DNA of 63,487 bases, filler included, from Octopus bimaculoides (GCF_001194135.2; 5 parts of 4 records of this genome joined end to end with filler, not necessarily neighbours in it), one strand, 5' to 3'. Shown: positions 9,352 through 23,861, counted from the whole stretch's first letter. The notes: generated by a model not told the origin, from the letters alone. Translations and numbers: made by a program.

Positions 9352-12073
9352 TGTGGCTATAAAAATCGGGGTCCAAATATTTACACAGTGGCCATAAAGT
9401 CGGGGTCCAAACATTTACAGAATGGCCATAGAGTCGGGAACCAACCATTTACACAGTGGCCATAAAGTCGGGGTCCCAAAATTTACATAGTGGCCATAAA
9501 GTCGGGGTCCAAACATTTGCACACTGGCTATAAAGTCGGGGTCCAAACATTTGCACACTGGCCATAAAGTCGGGGTCCAAACATTTGCACACTGGCCGTA
9601 AAGTTGGGGCCCAAACATTTGCACATTGGCCAAAAAGTCAGGCTCGAAACATTGGCAAACTGGCCATAAAGTCGGGATCACAACATTTAAACATTGACCA
9701 TAAAGTCAGGGTCCAAACAGTTGCCCAGTAACTATAATGTCGGGGTCTAAANNNNNNNNNNNNNNNNNNNNNNNNNNNNNNNNNNNNNNNNNNNNNNNNN
9801 NNNNNNNNNNNNNNNNNNNNNNNNNNNNNNNNNNNNNNNNNNNNNNNNNNNNNNNNNNNNNNNNNNNNNNNNNNNNNNNNNNNNNNNNNNNNNNNNNNNN
9901 NNNNNNNNNNNNNNNNNNNNNNNNNNNNNNNNNNNNNNNNNNNNNNNNNNNNNNNNNNNNNNNNNNNNNNNNNNGTCGGGAACCAAAAACTGATCACTGG
10001 CCAAAAAGTCGGGGACCAAAAATTGAACACTGGCCATAAAGTCGGGAACCCAAAACTGATCACTGGCCAAAAAGTCGGGTACCAAAAATTGAACACTGGC
10101 CATAAAGTCGGGAACCAAAAACTGATCACTGGCCAAAAAGTCGGGAACCAAAAATTGAACACTGGCGATAAAGTCGGGAACCAAAAATTGAACACTGGCC
10201 ATAAAGTCTTGGTCCAAACATTTGCACACTGGCAATTAAGTCGGGGTCCAAACATTTGCAAACTGGCGATAAAGTCGGGGTCGAAACATTGGCAAACTAG
10301 CCATAAATTCGTGTTAGAACATTTGCACACTGGCTATAAAGTCGGGGACCAAAACTATAATACTGGCCTCAGAGACCAAAAATTGAACACTGGCCATGAA
10401 GTCGGGGTCTAAACATTTGCACATTGGCCATAAAAGTCGGCGACCAAGAATTCAACACTGGCCATAAAGTCGGGGACCAAAAACTGATCACTGGCCATAA
10501 AGTCGGGGACCAAAAATTGAACACTGGCCAAAAAGTCGGGGACCATAAATTGAACACTGGCCATAAAGTCTTGGTCCAGAGATTTGCACACTGGCCATAA
10601 AGTCAGGGACCAAAAATATAACACTTGCCTGAGATACCAAAAATTGAACACTGGCCATAAAGTCGGGGTCCAAACATTGAACACATGCCATAAAGTCGGG
10701 GACCAATAATTGAACACTGGCCATAAATTCGGGGTCCAATCATTTGCTCAATGGCCATTTAATCGGGGTCTAAACATGTGCACACTGGCCGTAAAGTGGG
10801 GGTCCAAACATTTGCACACAGACCATAAAGTAGGGGACCAAAAATTGAACACTAGCCATAAAGTCTGGGTCCAGACATTTGCATAGTGGCCATAAATTCG
10901 GGGTCCAAATATTTGCACAGTGGCCATAAAGTCGGAGACCAAAAATTGAACACTGGCCATAAAGTCGGGAACCAAAAATTGAACATTGACCATAAAGTCG
11001 GGTTCCAAACATTTGCAGACTGGCCATAAAGTCGGGGTCCAAACATTGGCAAACTGGCCATAAATTCGGGGTCACAACATTTGCAGACTGGCCAAAATTA
11101 TAATACTGGCCTCAGAGACCAAAAATTGAACACTGGCCATAAAGTCGGAGTCCAAACATTCGCACAGTGGCCATAAAGTCGGGAACCAAAAATTGAACAC
11201 TAGCCAGAAAGTCGGGGACCAAGAATTAAACACTGGCCATAAAGTCGGAAACCAAAAACTGATTACTGGCCATAAAGTCGGGGTTCAAACATTGAACACA
11301 TGCCATAAAGTCGGGTACCAAAAACTGAACACTGACCATAAAGTCATGGACCAAACATTGAACACTGGCCATAAATTCGGGGTCCAACCATTTGCTCACT
11401 GGCCATTTAATTGGGGTCTAAACATGTGCAAACTGGCCATAAACTGAGGGTCCAAACATTTGCAAATAGGCCATAAAGTAGGGGAGCAAAAACTGCACAG
11501 TGACCATAAAGTCGGGGACGAAAAATTGAACACTGGCCATAAAGTCTGAGTCCAAACATTGAACACATGCCATAAAGTCGGGGACCTATAATTCAACACT
11601 GGCCATAAATTCGCGATTCAATCATTTGCTCACTGGCCATTTAATTGGGGTCTAAACATGTGCAAACTGGGCATAAACTGAGGGTCCAAACATTTGCACA
11701 TAGGCCATAAAGTAGGGGACCAAAAACTGCACAGTGACCATAAAGTCGGGGACAAAAAATTGAACACTGGCCAAAAAGTCGGGAACCAAAAATTGATCAC
11801 TGGCCATAAAGTCAGGGACCAAAAATATAACACTAGCCTGAGAGACCAATAATTGAACACTGGCCATAAATTCGGGGTCCAAACATCGAACACATGCCAT
11901 AAAGTCGGGTACCAATAATTGAACACTGGCCATAAATTCGCGGTTCGGTAATTTGCTCACTGACCATTTAATCGGGGTCTAAACATGTGCACACTGGCCA
12001 TAAACTGAGGGTCCAAACATTTGCACATATGCCATAAAGTAGGGGACCGAAAACTGCACAGTGGCCATAAAGT
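9352..12073. repeat. 33/34-bp tandem minisatellite
   Basis: Two unit types, actggccataaagtcggggtccaaacatttgcac (34 bp) and actggccataaagtcgggaaccaaaaattgaac (33 bp), tandemly arrayed. Contains an N gap. Confidence 0.97.
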
Positions 12074-15000
12074 ACGTACGTACTTACGTACGTTTGTACT
12101 TACGTACGTACGTACGAACGTACAAACGAACGTACATACGAAGGAACGAACTAGCGAAAGAACGAACGTAGTACAGACATACGAACGAACGAACGGACGT
12201 ACGGAGATAAGTGCATAAGAACGAACGAGCGATCGAACGAACGGACGTACGTACGTACGTAAGAACGAACGAGCGATCGAACGAACGACGTACGTACGTA
12301 CGTAAATACGAACCTAAGTACGTACGTACGAATGAACAAATGAACGTACGTACCTACGAAGGAATGAACGAACTAACGAAAGAATGAAATAACGAAAGAG
12401 CTAACGGACGAACGAACGTACGTACGAACGAACGAACGAACATACGAAATAACGAACGAACGTACGTTGGTAAGTACGAAAGAACAAGAGAACGAACGTA
12501 CGTACGGATGTACGTTCGCAAGTACCTACGTACGAACGAACGAACGTACGTAAGAACGAACGACGAACGAACGAACGTACGTTCGTACGTAAGTACAAAC
12601 GAACTACCGATCGAACTAACAAAAGACAGAACGAACGAAGGAAAGAACGAACGTAAGTATGTACGTAGGTACGAACGAAAGAACGAATGAACGAACGATC
12701 GAAGAAACGAACGTACGTAAGTACGTACGAAAGAACGAACGTAAGTACGTATGTACGAACGAACGATAGTACGTACGTACGTACGTACGAAGGAACGAAC
12801 GAACGAAGAAACGAAATGAAGGAACGAGCGTACGTACGCACGAACGAACGTACGTACGCACGAACGAACGTACGTACGAACGAACGAATGTACGTATGTA
12901 CGAACGTACGAACGAACGTACGAAGGAACTAACGATTGAACGTACATACGCACGTACGTACGAACGAACGAGCAAGTGAAAGAACGTACGTACGTAATTA
13001 CGTATGTACGAACGAACGAACGATCGAACGAACGAACGAAAGAACGAACGTATGTACGTAAGTAAGTACGAACGAACGAACGAATGTACGTATTTGCGAA
13101 CGAACGAACGAACGACAGAATGATCGAAGGAACGAACGAACGAAAGAACGAACGTACGTACGTACGCAAGAACGATCATACGTACGTACGTACATACGAA
13201 CGAACGAAAGTATGGACGTACGAACGTACAAACGAACGTACATACGAAGGAATGAACTAACGAAAGAACGAACGAACGAAAGAACTAACGAACGAACGTA
13301 CGTGCGTATGTACGAAGAAAAGTACGAACGAACGTACGTACGAAGGACCGAACGAACCAACAAACGAATGTACGTACGTACGTACATACGAATGATCGAA
13401 CGAACGTACGTACTTACGTACGAATGAACGAACGAACGAACGAAAGAACGAACGTACGTACGAACGAACGAACAACGAACGAACTTACGTACGTAATTAC
13501 GTACGAACGATCGATCGAACGAACGAACGAACGAACGTACGAAATAACGAACGACCAACGAACGAACGTACGTTCGTACGTAAGTAGGAACGAACTAACG
13601 ATCGAACAAACAAAAGAAAGTACGAATGAAGGAAAGAACGAACGTAAGTGTGTATGTAGGTACGAACGAAAGAACGAATGAACGATCGAAGAAGCGAACG
13701 TACGTAAGTACGTACGAAAGAACGAACGATCGAAAGATCGAACGAACGAACGTACGTACGTACGTACGTATGTATGAGCGAAAGGAAATACATACGTCCG
13801 TACGTACGAAAGAACGAACGAACGTACGAACGTATGTATGAACGAACGGTAGTACGTACGTACGTACGAAGGAACGAACGAACGAAGAAACGAAATGAAG
13901 GAACGAGCGAACGTACGAACGAACGAACGTACGTATGTACGAACGTACGTATGTACGAACGTACGTATGTACGAACGTACGAACGAACGTACGAACGAAC
14001 GTACGAACGAACGTACGAACGAACTAACGATTGAACGTACATACGCACGTACGTGCGTACGAATGAACGAACGAACGAATGAAAGAACCTACGTACGTAA
14101 TTACGTATATACGAATGAACAAACGAACGTACGTACGTAGGTACGTCCGAACGAACGAACGATCGAAAGAACGAACGAAAGTACAAACCTATGTACCAAC
14201 GTAAGTACAAACGAACGAACGCAATTACGTACGTACGAATGAACAAACGTACGTACGTGCGACCGAACGAACGAACGAACTAATGAATGAACGAACTAAC
14301 AAACGAACGAACGAATGAACGAAAGAAGGAACGAACGATCGTACAAATGGATTCACGAAGAAACGTAGGTACGACCAACCGCACGTACGAACGAACAAAC
14401 GATCGAACGAACATACGTACATACGTAGGAACGAACGAACGAACGAAAGAAGGATCAAACGATGGAATGATCGAACGAAGGAACAAAAAAACGAACGAAC
14501 GTACTTACGAACGATGGAAAGAATGAACGAAATATTGGACGAACGAACGTACGTACGTACGTACGAACAAATGAACGAACAAACGAACGAAAGAACAAAT
14601 GAAATAACGAAAAAACGAATGTACGTACGTAAGTACGAATGAACGAACAGACGTACGTACGTACGTACGTACGAACGAACGAACGAACGAACGAACGGAT
14701 GCATGTACAAACGTAAGAACGAACGAACGAACGAACGGACGTACGAACGAACAGACGTACGAACGAACGAACGTACGTAAGTACGTACGAATGAACGATC
14801 GTACGTACGTACGTACAAACGAACGAACTAACGACCGAACGATCGAAGGAACGAGCGAAAGAACGATCGTACGTACGTACATACGAACGAATGAACGTAT
14901 GTACGTAAGTACGTACGTACCAACGAACAAACGGACGTACATACATACGAAGCAACGAACGAACGAACTAACGAAAAAACGAACGAACGAAACAACTAAC

Positions 15001-18000
15001 GAAGGAACGAACGAACGTATATACGTACGTACGAACGACCCAACGAACGTACGTACGTTCGTGCGTAAGTACGAAAGAGCGAACGAACGAACGAACGAAC
15101 GAAAGAAAGACAACGAACAAACGAACGAACGAAAGAAAGACACAACGAACAAACGAACGTACGTTTGTACGTACTTTCATACGTACGAATGAACGAACGA
15201 ACGAAAGAACGATCGAAAGTACGAATGAACGAACGAACGAAAGAACGATCGAAAGTACGAATGAACGAAAGAACGATCTATCGAACGAACGATCGAACGA
15301 ACGATCGAACGAACGAATGAACAAACGTACGTAAGCAGGTACATATGTACGTACGTACGTACGTACGAACGAACAAAAGAACGTACGTACGACCGAACGA
15401 ACAAACGAACGAACAAAGGAACAAACGAACAAAAGAACGAACGTAGGTACGTACAAACGAACGAACGAACGAAAGTACGTACGTACGTACTACGTAGTGC
15501 GTGCGTAAGAACGAACAAACGAACAAACGAACGAACGTAGGTACGTACGAAAGAAAGAAAGATCGAACGAACAGACGAAGGTACGAACGTACGTACGATC
15601 GAGCGAACGAAAGAATGTGCGTACATACGTCCGTACGTACGAACGAACGAACGAACGAAGGTACGTACATACAACGAACGGACGAACGTACGTACGTACG
15701 AACGAGCGATCGAACGAACGAAAGAATGAACAAGCGAATGAACGTACGTACTTACGTACGTACGAACGAACGAACGAACAAACGTGCGGATGAACCTATG
15801 ATTCAACGAACGAGTGAACGAACAAACGTACGTCCGAACGTTGGTACATACGAACGAACGCACGTACATACGTAGTATGTACATTAGAACGAACAAACGA
15901 ACGAACGAAAGAACGTACACACTTGTAAACGAAAGAAAGATCGAACGAACAAACAAATGAACGTACGAACGAACGTACGTACATACATCCATACGTAGGA
16001 ACGAGCGAACGATCGAACGAACGTACGTACGTACGAATGAATGAACTAACGTATGTACGTACGTACGAACGACTGAACGCATGAAATTAAGGAACGAACG
16101 AACGTACGAACGAACGAACGAACAAACGAACGAACGTACATATGTACGTACGAACATACGTACGATTAAACGAACGAAGGAACGTACGTGTGTACGAACG
16201 AACGTACGTACGTAAAAACAATCGAAAGAACGAACGAACGAAAGAACGAAGGCACGTACGTACTTACGTAAGTACGAACGAACGATCCAGCGAACGAACG
16301 TAATTACATACGCACGAACGAACGAACGAATGGACGAGCGAACATACGTACGTACGAAGAAACGATCGAACGAACGAACGATCCAACGAACGAACGTACG
16401 TACGTACGTACATAAGTACGTACGTAATAAATACCTACGTACATAAGTACGTACGTACGAACGAACGAACGAACGTACGTACGTACGAACGAACGAAAGA
16501 ATTAACGAACGAATGAACGAAAGAAGGAGCGAACGATCGTACCAATGAATTCACGAAGAAACGTAGAACGAATGAACGAATGAACGAACAGACGTACGTT
16601 CGTACGTATGAACGAACGAACGAACGTACGCATGTACAAACGTAGGAACGAACAAATGAACGTACGTAAGTACGCACGAAAGAACGATCGTACGTACGTA
16701 CGTATGAACGAACGAACGTACGTACGAACTAAAGACCGAACATACGTACGATCGTACGTACGTACATACGATCGTACGAACGTAAGGACGTACGTACGAA
16801 CGAGCAAACGAACGTACATACGTACGAAGCAACGAACGAACGAACGAACTAACGAAAAACTAACGAAGGAACGAAGGAACCTACGTACGAAGGAGCGTAC
16901 GAACGAAACAAACGAACGTACGTTTGTATGTACTTTCATACGTACGAATGAACGAACGAACGAACGAAAGAACGAACGAACGAAAGAACGAAAGAACGAT
17001 CGAAACTACGAATGAACGAACGAACGAAGGAATGAACAAACGTACGTAAGTAGGTAAATATGTACGTACGAACGAACGGACAAACTAACGAACGAACGTA
17101 CGTACGAACGAAAGAAAGAATGTACGTACGACCGAACGAACAATCTAAGGAACAAACGAACGAAAGAACGAATGTACGTACGTACGAACGAGCGAACGAA
17201 CGAACGAAAAAATGAACAAACGAATGAACGAAAGAATGAACAAGCGAATGAACATTTGTTCGTACGTACGTACGAACAAACGAAGGAACGATCGAACGAA
17301 CGTGCATACGTANNNNNNNNNNNNNNNNNNNNNNNNNNNNNNNNNNNNNNNNNNNNNNNNNNNNNNNNNNNNNNNNNNACTAACGACCGAACCAACGAAC
17401 GAGCGAACGAACGAACGTACGTCCGAACGTTGGTACATACGAACGAACAAAAGAACGAACGAACGTACGTACGTAATTACGTACGTACGAACGAAAGGAC
17501 GAGCGAACGTACGTACGTACGTACGAACAAACGAAGGAACGATCGAACGAACGTGCATACGTACGTAGGAACGAACGAACTAATGAACGAACGAACTAAT
17601 GAACGAATGAACTAATGAACGAACGTTCGCACTTACGTACGTAGGAACGAACGAAAGAATGGACGAACGAACGTACGCACGTATGTACGTAAGTAAGTAT
17701 CAACGTGTGAATCAACGAACGAATGAATGAAAGAACGTACATACGTATGTAGGACCGAATGAACGAACGAACGAAAGGATTAACGAATGAACGATATAAG
17801 GAACGAACGATAGAACAAACGATTTAACGAACAATCGTAGGTACATACGTACGAACGAACGAACAACCATACGTACGAAGGAACAAACGAACGAATGAAC
17901 GTACGTACGTACGTACGTAGGAACGAACGCACAAACGAAAGAAGGAACGAACGAAGGAACAAAAGAACGAACGAACGAAAGTACTACGTACGAACGAATG

Positions 18001-20797
18001 AACGAAGGTACGTTCGAACGAATGAACGAAGGTACGTACGAACTTACGTAAGTACGAACGAAAGAACGAACGAACGATCGAACGAACGAACGATCGAACG
18101 AACGAAAGAAAGAACGTACGTACGTACGTAAGTACGAACGAACGAATGAAGAAATGAACGTTCGTACGTACGAAAGAACGAACGATCGAACGAACGATCG
18201 AACGAACGTACATACGTCCGTACGTAAGTACGAACGACGGAACGAACGAACTAATGAACGAACGTACGCACGTACGTACGTAGGAACGAACGAACGAACG
18301 AACGTACGCACGTATGTACGTATGAATGTACGTACGAACGTACGTACGAAGCAACGAACGAACGAATGAAAGAACGTACGTGCGTACGAACGATGGAACG
18401 AACGAACGAAAGAATTAACGAAAGAAGGAACGAAAGAAGGAACGAACAATCGAAGAAACGAACAATCGAAGAAACGAATTAACGAAGAAACTCAGGTATG
18501 TACGTACGACCAACCGCACGTACGAACGAACAAACGATCGAACAAACATACGTACATACGTAGGAACGAACGAAAGGAGGATCAAACAATGGAATGATCG
18601 AACGAAGGAAGAAAAAAACGAACGAACGAACGTACGTACTTACGAACGATCGAAAGAATGAACTAAATATTGGACGAACGAACGTACGTACGTACGTACG
18701 AACAAATGAACGAACAAACGAACGAACGAACAAACGAAATAACGAAAAAACGAATGTACGTACGTAAGTACGAATGAACGAACAGACGTACGTACGTACG
18801 TACGAACGAACGAACGAACGTATGCATGTACAAACGTAAGAACGAACGAACGAACGAACGAACGGACGTACAAACGAACGAACGTACGTAAGTACGTACG
18901 AATGAACGATCGTACGTACGTACGTATGAACGTACGTACGTACAAACGAACGTACTAACGACCGAATGATCGAAGGAACGAACGAAAGAACGATCGTACG
19001 TACGTACGTACATACGAACGAATGAACGATCGAACGAACGAACGTATGTAAGTAAGTACGTACGTACGACCGAACGAACAGACGAACGAACGATGGAACA
19101 AACGAACAAAAGAACGACCGAAAGTACGTATGAACGAACGAACGAAAGTACGTACGTAAGAACGAACAAACGAACAAACGAACGAACGTACGTACGTACG
19201 AACGAAAGAAAGATCGAACGAACAGACGAAGGTACGTAAGTACGTACGATCGAGCGAACGAAAGAACGTGCGTACATACGTCCGTACGTACGAACGAACG
19301 AGCGATCGAACGAACGAACGAAAGAATGAACAAGCGAATGAACGTACGTACTTCCGTACGTACGAACGAACGAACGAACGAACGAAAGTGCGGATGAACC
19401 TATGAAACGACGAACGAGCGAACGAACGAACGTACGTACGTACGTAGAACGTACATTAGAACGAACAAACGAACGAACGAAAGAACGTACGCACTTGCGA
19501 ACGAAAGAAAGATCGAACGAACAAACAAACGAACGTACGTACGAACGAACGAACGTACGTACATACATTCGTACGTAGGAACGAGCGAACGTACGTACGT
19601 ACGAATGAATGAACTAACGTATGTACGTATGTACGAACGACTGAACAAATGAAATTAAGGAACGAACGAACGAACAAACTAACGAACGTACATATGTACG
19701 TACGTACATACGTACGATTAAACGAACGAAGGAATGTACGTTCGTAAAAACAATCGAAAGAACGAACGAAAGAACGAAGGCACGTACGTACGTACGTACG
19801 TAAGTACGAAGGAACGATCGAACGTACGAATGTAATTACATACGTACGAACGAACGAACGAACGAATGGACGAGCGAAGGTACGTACGTACGAACAGACG
19901 ATCGAACGAACGTACGATCGAACGAACGAACGTACGATCGAACGAACGAACGTACGTACGTACATAAATACGTACGTACAGAAGTACGTACGTACGAACG
20001 ATCGAACGAACGAACGAACGTACGTACGTACGAACGAACGAAAGAATTAACGAACGAATGAACGAAAGAAGGAACGAACGACCGTACCAATGGATTCACG
20101 AAGAAACGTAGGTACGTACGTACGAACAACCGCCCGGACGAACGAACGTACGTACGTACGTACGTAGGAACGAACGAACGATTAAACGAATGAAAGAAAG
20201 AAGGATCAAAAGAGGGAATGATCGAACGAAGGAACAAAAGAACGAACGTACGTACGAACGAACGAACGATCATACGTACATAAGTACGAATGAACAAACA
20301 GACGTACGTTCGTACGTAGGACCGAACGAACGAACGTATGCATGTACAAACGTAAGAACGAACGAATGAACGTACGTAAGTACGCACGAAAGAACGATCG
20401 TACGAACGTACGTATGAACGAACGAACGTACGTACGAACTAAGGACCGAACATACGTACGATCGTACGTACGCACATACAAACGAACGAACGTAAGGACG
20501 TACGTACGAACGTACGAACGAACAAACGGACGTACATACGTACGAAGCAACGAACGAACGAACTAACGAAAAGCTAACGAAGGAACGAAAAAACGTACGT
20601 ACGAAAGAGCGTACGAACGAAACACACGAACGTACGTTTGTATGTACTTTCATACGTACGAATGAACAAACGTACGTAAGTAGGTAAATATGTACGTACG
20701 AACGAACGGACAAACTAACGAACGAACGTACGTACGAACGAACGTAGGTACGTACGAACGAACGTAGGTACGTACGAACGTAAGAACGAACAAACAA
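12074..20797. repeat. Complex tetranucleotide satellite (ACGA/ACGT)n, at least 8.7 kb
   Basis: Continuous mosaic of GAAC and GTAC 4-mers with point variants. Ends at a gap of unknown size. Confidence 0.98.
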
Positions 20798-21130
20798 NNN
20801 NNNNNNNNNNNNNNNNNNNNNNNNNNNNNNNNNNNNNNNNNTTAATTAATTAANNNNNNNNNNNNNNNNNNNNNNNNNNNNNNNNNNNNNNNNNNNNTTT
20901 TTTTATTTTATTTTTCTACATATTAATGCTTTCGTTCATCTTTCGAACTTGTCAAATACAATTCTGTAAATATACATATATCTTGTTTATTTATATAGAA
21001 CATATGTTGTTTTTTTTTATTTTGTTTATAAGAGAACATTGATTTTGTTTTGTTTTTCGGGGGGAGGGGAGGCTTTGGAGACAATGGAAGATGGATAAAC
21101 AGATAGATAGACAAACAGATGGACAGACAC

Positions 21131-21191
<61 letters not shown>

Positions 21192-21192
21192 C
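21131..21192 (+). repeat. (GATA)n microsatellite
   Basis: Direct read. Confidence 0.95.
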
Positions 21193-22287
21193 CAAATGAG
21201 AAACCTCACTGATCTAGGATTACCTGGGTACCAAGAGCAAGTGGTATCTTTACCTATACTGCTTAGTCAACAAAATACATGCTCGAAATAGACACATTCA
21301 TCTGAGTTGAGCAATTTTCTCACACTCACTCTCCAGCAAATTTACTGGAGTGCAGTACCTTCTTCTCCAACTATACGTTCCTTCTCAAGTAGAACTTGAA
21401 GATGACGTGAGCCTAGCTGGAGAGGAAATTATCTGGCTTCAATTCTTGGAATCTTGTTCAACATAAGACCCCTTTCGCCATAGTCCTCGGTTCAGTGACA
21501 TACTGTAGGGTGTGCGAGATTTGCAGACTTCGCAGGAAGACCACATTTATATAATTGCGTTTTCTGTAGTGGAAGATGTGCTAGATTTTAGGAAGAAGAT
21601 AGCCACACACACGCTACGCCACTGAGCCAGTTAAAGGAAGGGAAGGAGCAATTTTCTCGCCGGGTTTGGCATTAGCCAAGGATTACTTAGGTAGCAAAAA
21701 AAAAAAAAAATGAATCGTTCGAGAATAACAAGAAGCGGACACTTATGAAAGACACGCAAAAGAACTTTAATGAGATACACGGGTATCCCGTATACACACT
21801 CACACACGCAAAAAAAATCATAGGGCTAAAAGCAAAGTACAGAAGAAAGTGTGAAAAGGCTATAAGGTTAAAACGCGTCTATATGCGCATATTTTCACAT
21901 GCACGCAGATACATCTATATACGCACGTACGCGCACACACGTATATGTATATGAACATATATATATAGTTTTTGGTGAGTATGTGGGTGCGCATGTGTAT
22001 ATTTCAAGCGAGGGTTGTTTAGTACATATATATAGGCGAATGTACGGATCGGTGTGCTTGCGAGAACACTATAGACTTTTCTACTCCCTTACCTTTACTC
22101 CCTCCCCTTAGCGGTCTCTAGCTCTTTTGTCTTAACGACAGTCAACCACACAGTAATTTCCCTTTGTTTAACGGTCATTTTTCACAGGAATTTTCAATGA
22201 CCGGATAACTGAAGAGATATTGGCGTGGGTTCCCACCCCGGCATCCGAAACTCGGAGTGTTATCATGGCTACCGAATAAGTGTCACA

Positions 22288-22650
22288 TAGTTCAAATTCT
22301 GCCGAGGTCGACTTTGCCTTACATCCTTTCAGGTTCGATATAGTAAGACCAATCAAATACTGAGGGGGTTGACGTAGTCGACTTTCTCCTCCCCTCAAAA
22401 GCTGCTGGTATTGTGCCAAAATTTGAAACCATTATTATTCGACAGTTTGGCGGTGGTCTGGCAGAATCGTTAGCACGCAGGATAAAATACGTAGCGTCAT
22501 TTCGTCCGTCTTTCCGTCGTTCTGAATTCAAATTCCACCGAGGTCGTCTTTGCCTTTTATTCTTTCGGGGTCGATGAAATAGGTCGGAGTAATGGACCAG
22601 CTCCCTCCCGCAGAATTTCAGGCCTTGAGCCTAGTGTAGAAAGAATTATT
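22288..22650 (+). mobile_element. Two tandem SINE family A-related copies
   Basis: Each has gttcaaattc..ccgaggtcgactttgcc..tttcggggtcgat. The second starts ggtctggcagaatcgttagc at about 22455. Confidence 0.75.
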
Positions 22651-23460
22651 CTTCGACTATTTTCATCTGCGCAGGAAGATCAACGAAACGTCTAATTTCT
22701 CCTCTTCTCTCCGCTGTATACAAACTTGTCCAGATTCACGACTTGCCTTAGGGTATATGTAAAACGCCAATACAAGCCACTTGCTGTTATTATATCTTTT
22801 TTATCAGCTGTTGAAAGTGGTTTTGGTAACAGACATGACACAACACCGGTAACAGGATACAAATCGCCGGATATTCCTGGTTTGTTGACATACTTCCTTC
22901 CTTATGTACCGTGCAGCGTCAATCACAACCGCCACAGCTGTCGGAGCAACCATCCTAGTGGTGGTGTGTGGTGGCCGTGGTCGGTCAGTCTCGATCGGGT
23001 GGGCTCGACCAAAAGTGCTCTGGCCGTTACCGTTGTTTTGTAAATCTATTGGCAATGAATGATGTAAATTCTAAAATCTTGTGGTACTTCTTGTATCTGA
23101 ACACTGTAACATTTGAAATTTGAGTGCTGCGTTATTTATCAAAAGTCAAATGAAATATTTAAAATTAAACGAAGAACAATTTCATGATAAAAGGTAGATA
23201 AAGAAAGATAACTCTGAGTAAATTTAGAGTTACTTCCCTTACTAAACACTTTCTTTATCAATTATTCTTAAACGGCAAACATTTGGTTTCCTGGGAAGAC
23301 GGTTCCAATTTCAGAGGAGGAAACTCAGTCGGTTGGGACGAAATTCGGAAAGGGTCTAAAACCAAAGAAAAGGAATTTTATCGATGAGTCAGTCGGGGGA
23401 AATTTCGGTGAAAGGAGGATCTTCAAACAGGCAAAGAATATACTTCGTACGCTACATGTG

Positions 23461-23492
<32 letters not shown>

Positions 23493-23689
23493 TGTATATG
23501 GGTGTATATGGATGTATATGGAAACAAATAAATGTGTATTTATCGACTGCATACGTATACGTATAAATATACAGGTACACTTATACATTCACACATACAT
23601 ACACATGCATTAAACACATACATATATGCATACATATGTGTATATGCGTGTGTGTGTGTCTGTATGTGTATATATATTCTTTTATTCTT

Positions 23690-23861
23690 TTATCCTTTTA
23701 CTTGTTTCTGTCATTTGACTGCGGCCATGCTGGAGCACCGCCTTTTAGTCGAGTAAATCGACACTAGGACTTATTCTATCGGTCTCTAACCTTAACGCCC
23801 CGCTAAATCACGGGGACGTAAACACACCAGCATCGATTGTCAAGCGATGTGTGTGGGGGAA

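Noticed and set aside
9352-9400. Origin of the minisatellite monomer from the SINE tcggggtc motif
   Set aside because: Only an 8-bp match with no extended alignment.
10023-10412. 11-aa repeat ORF NTGHKVGNQKL resembling the C2H2 linker HTGEKP
   Set aside because: No Cys/His zinc-finger spacing, the period is 11 rather than 28 aa, and interspersed 34-bp units break the frame.
9352-12073. CRISPR-like array
   Set aside because: Units are head-to-tail with no unique spacers, the context is eukaryotic and no cas genes are present.
12151-20797. Dozens of long ORFs (RSFVRTYV / TNERTYV repeats, up to 326 aa)
   Set aside because: A direct consequence of stop-poor 4-mer repeats, open in several frames at once, with no splice or codon signal.
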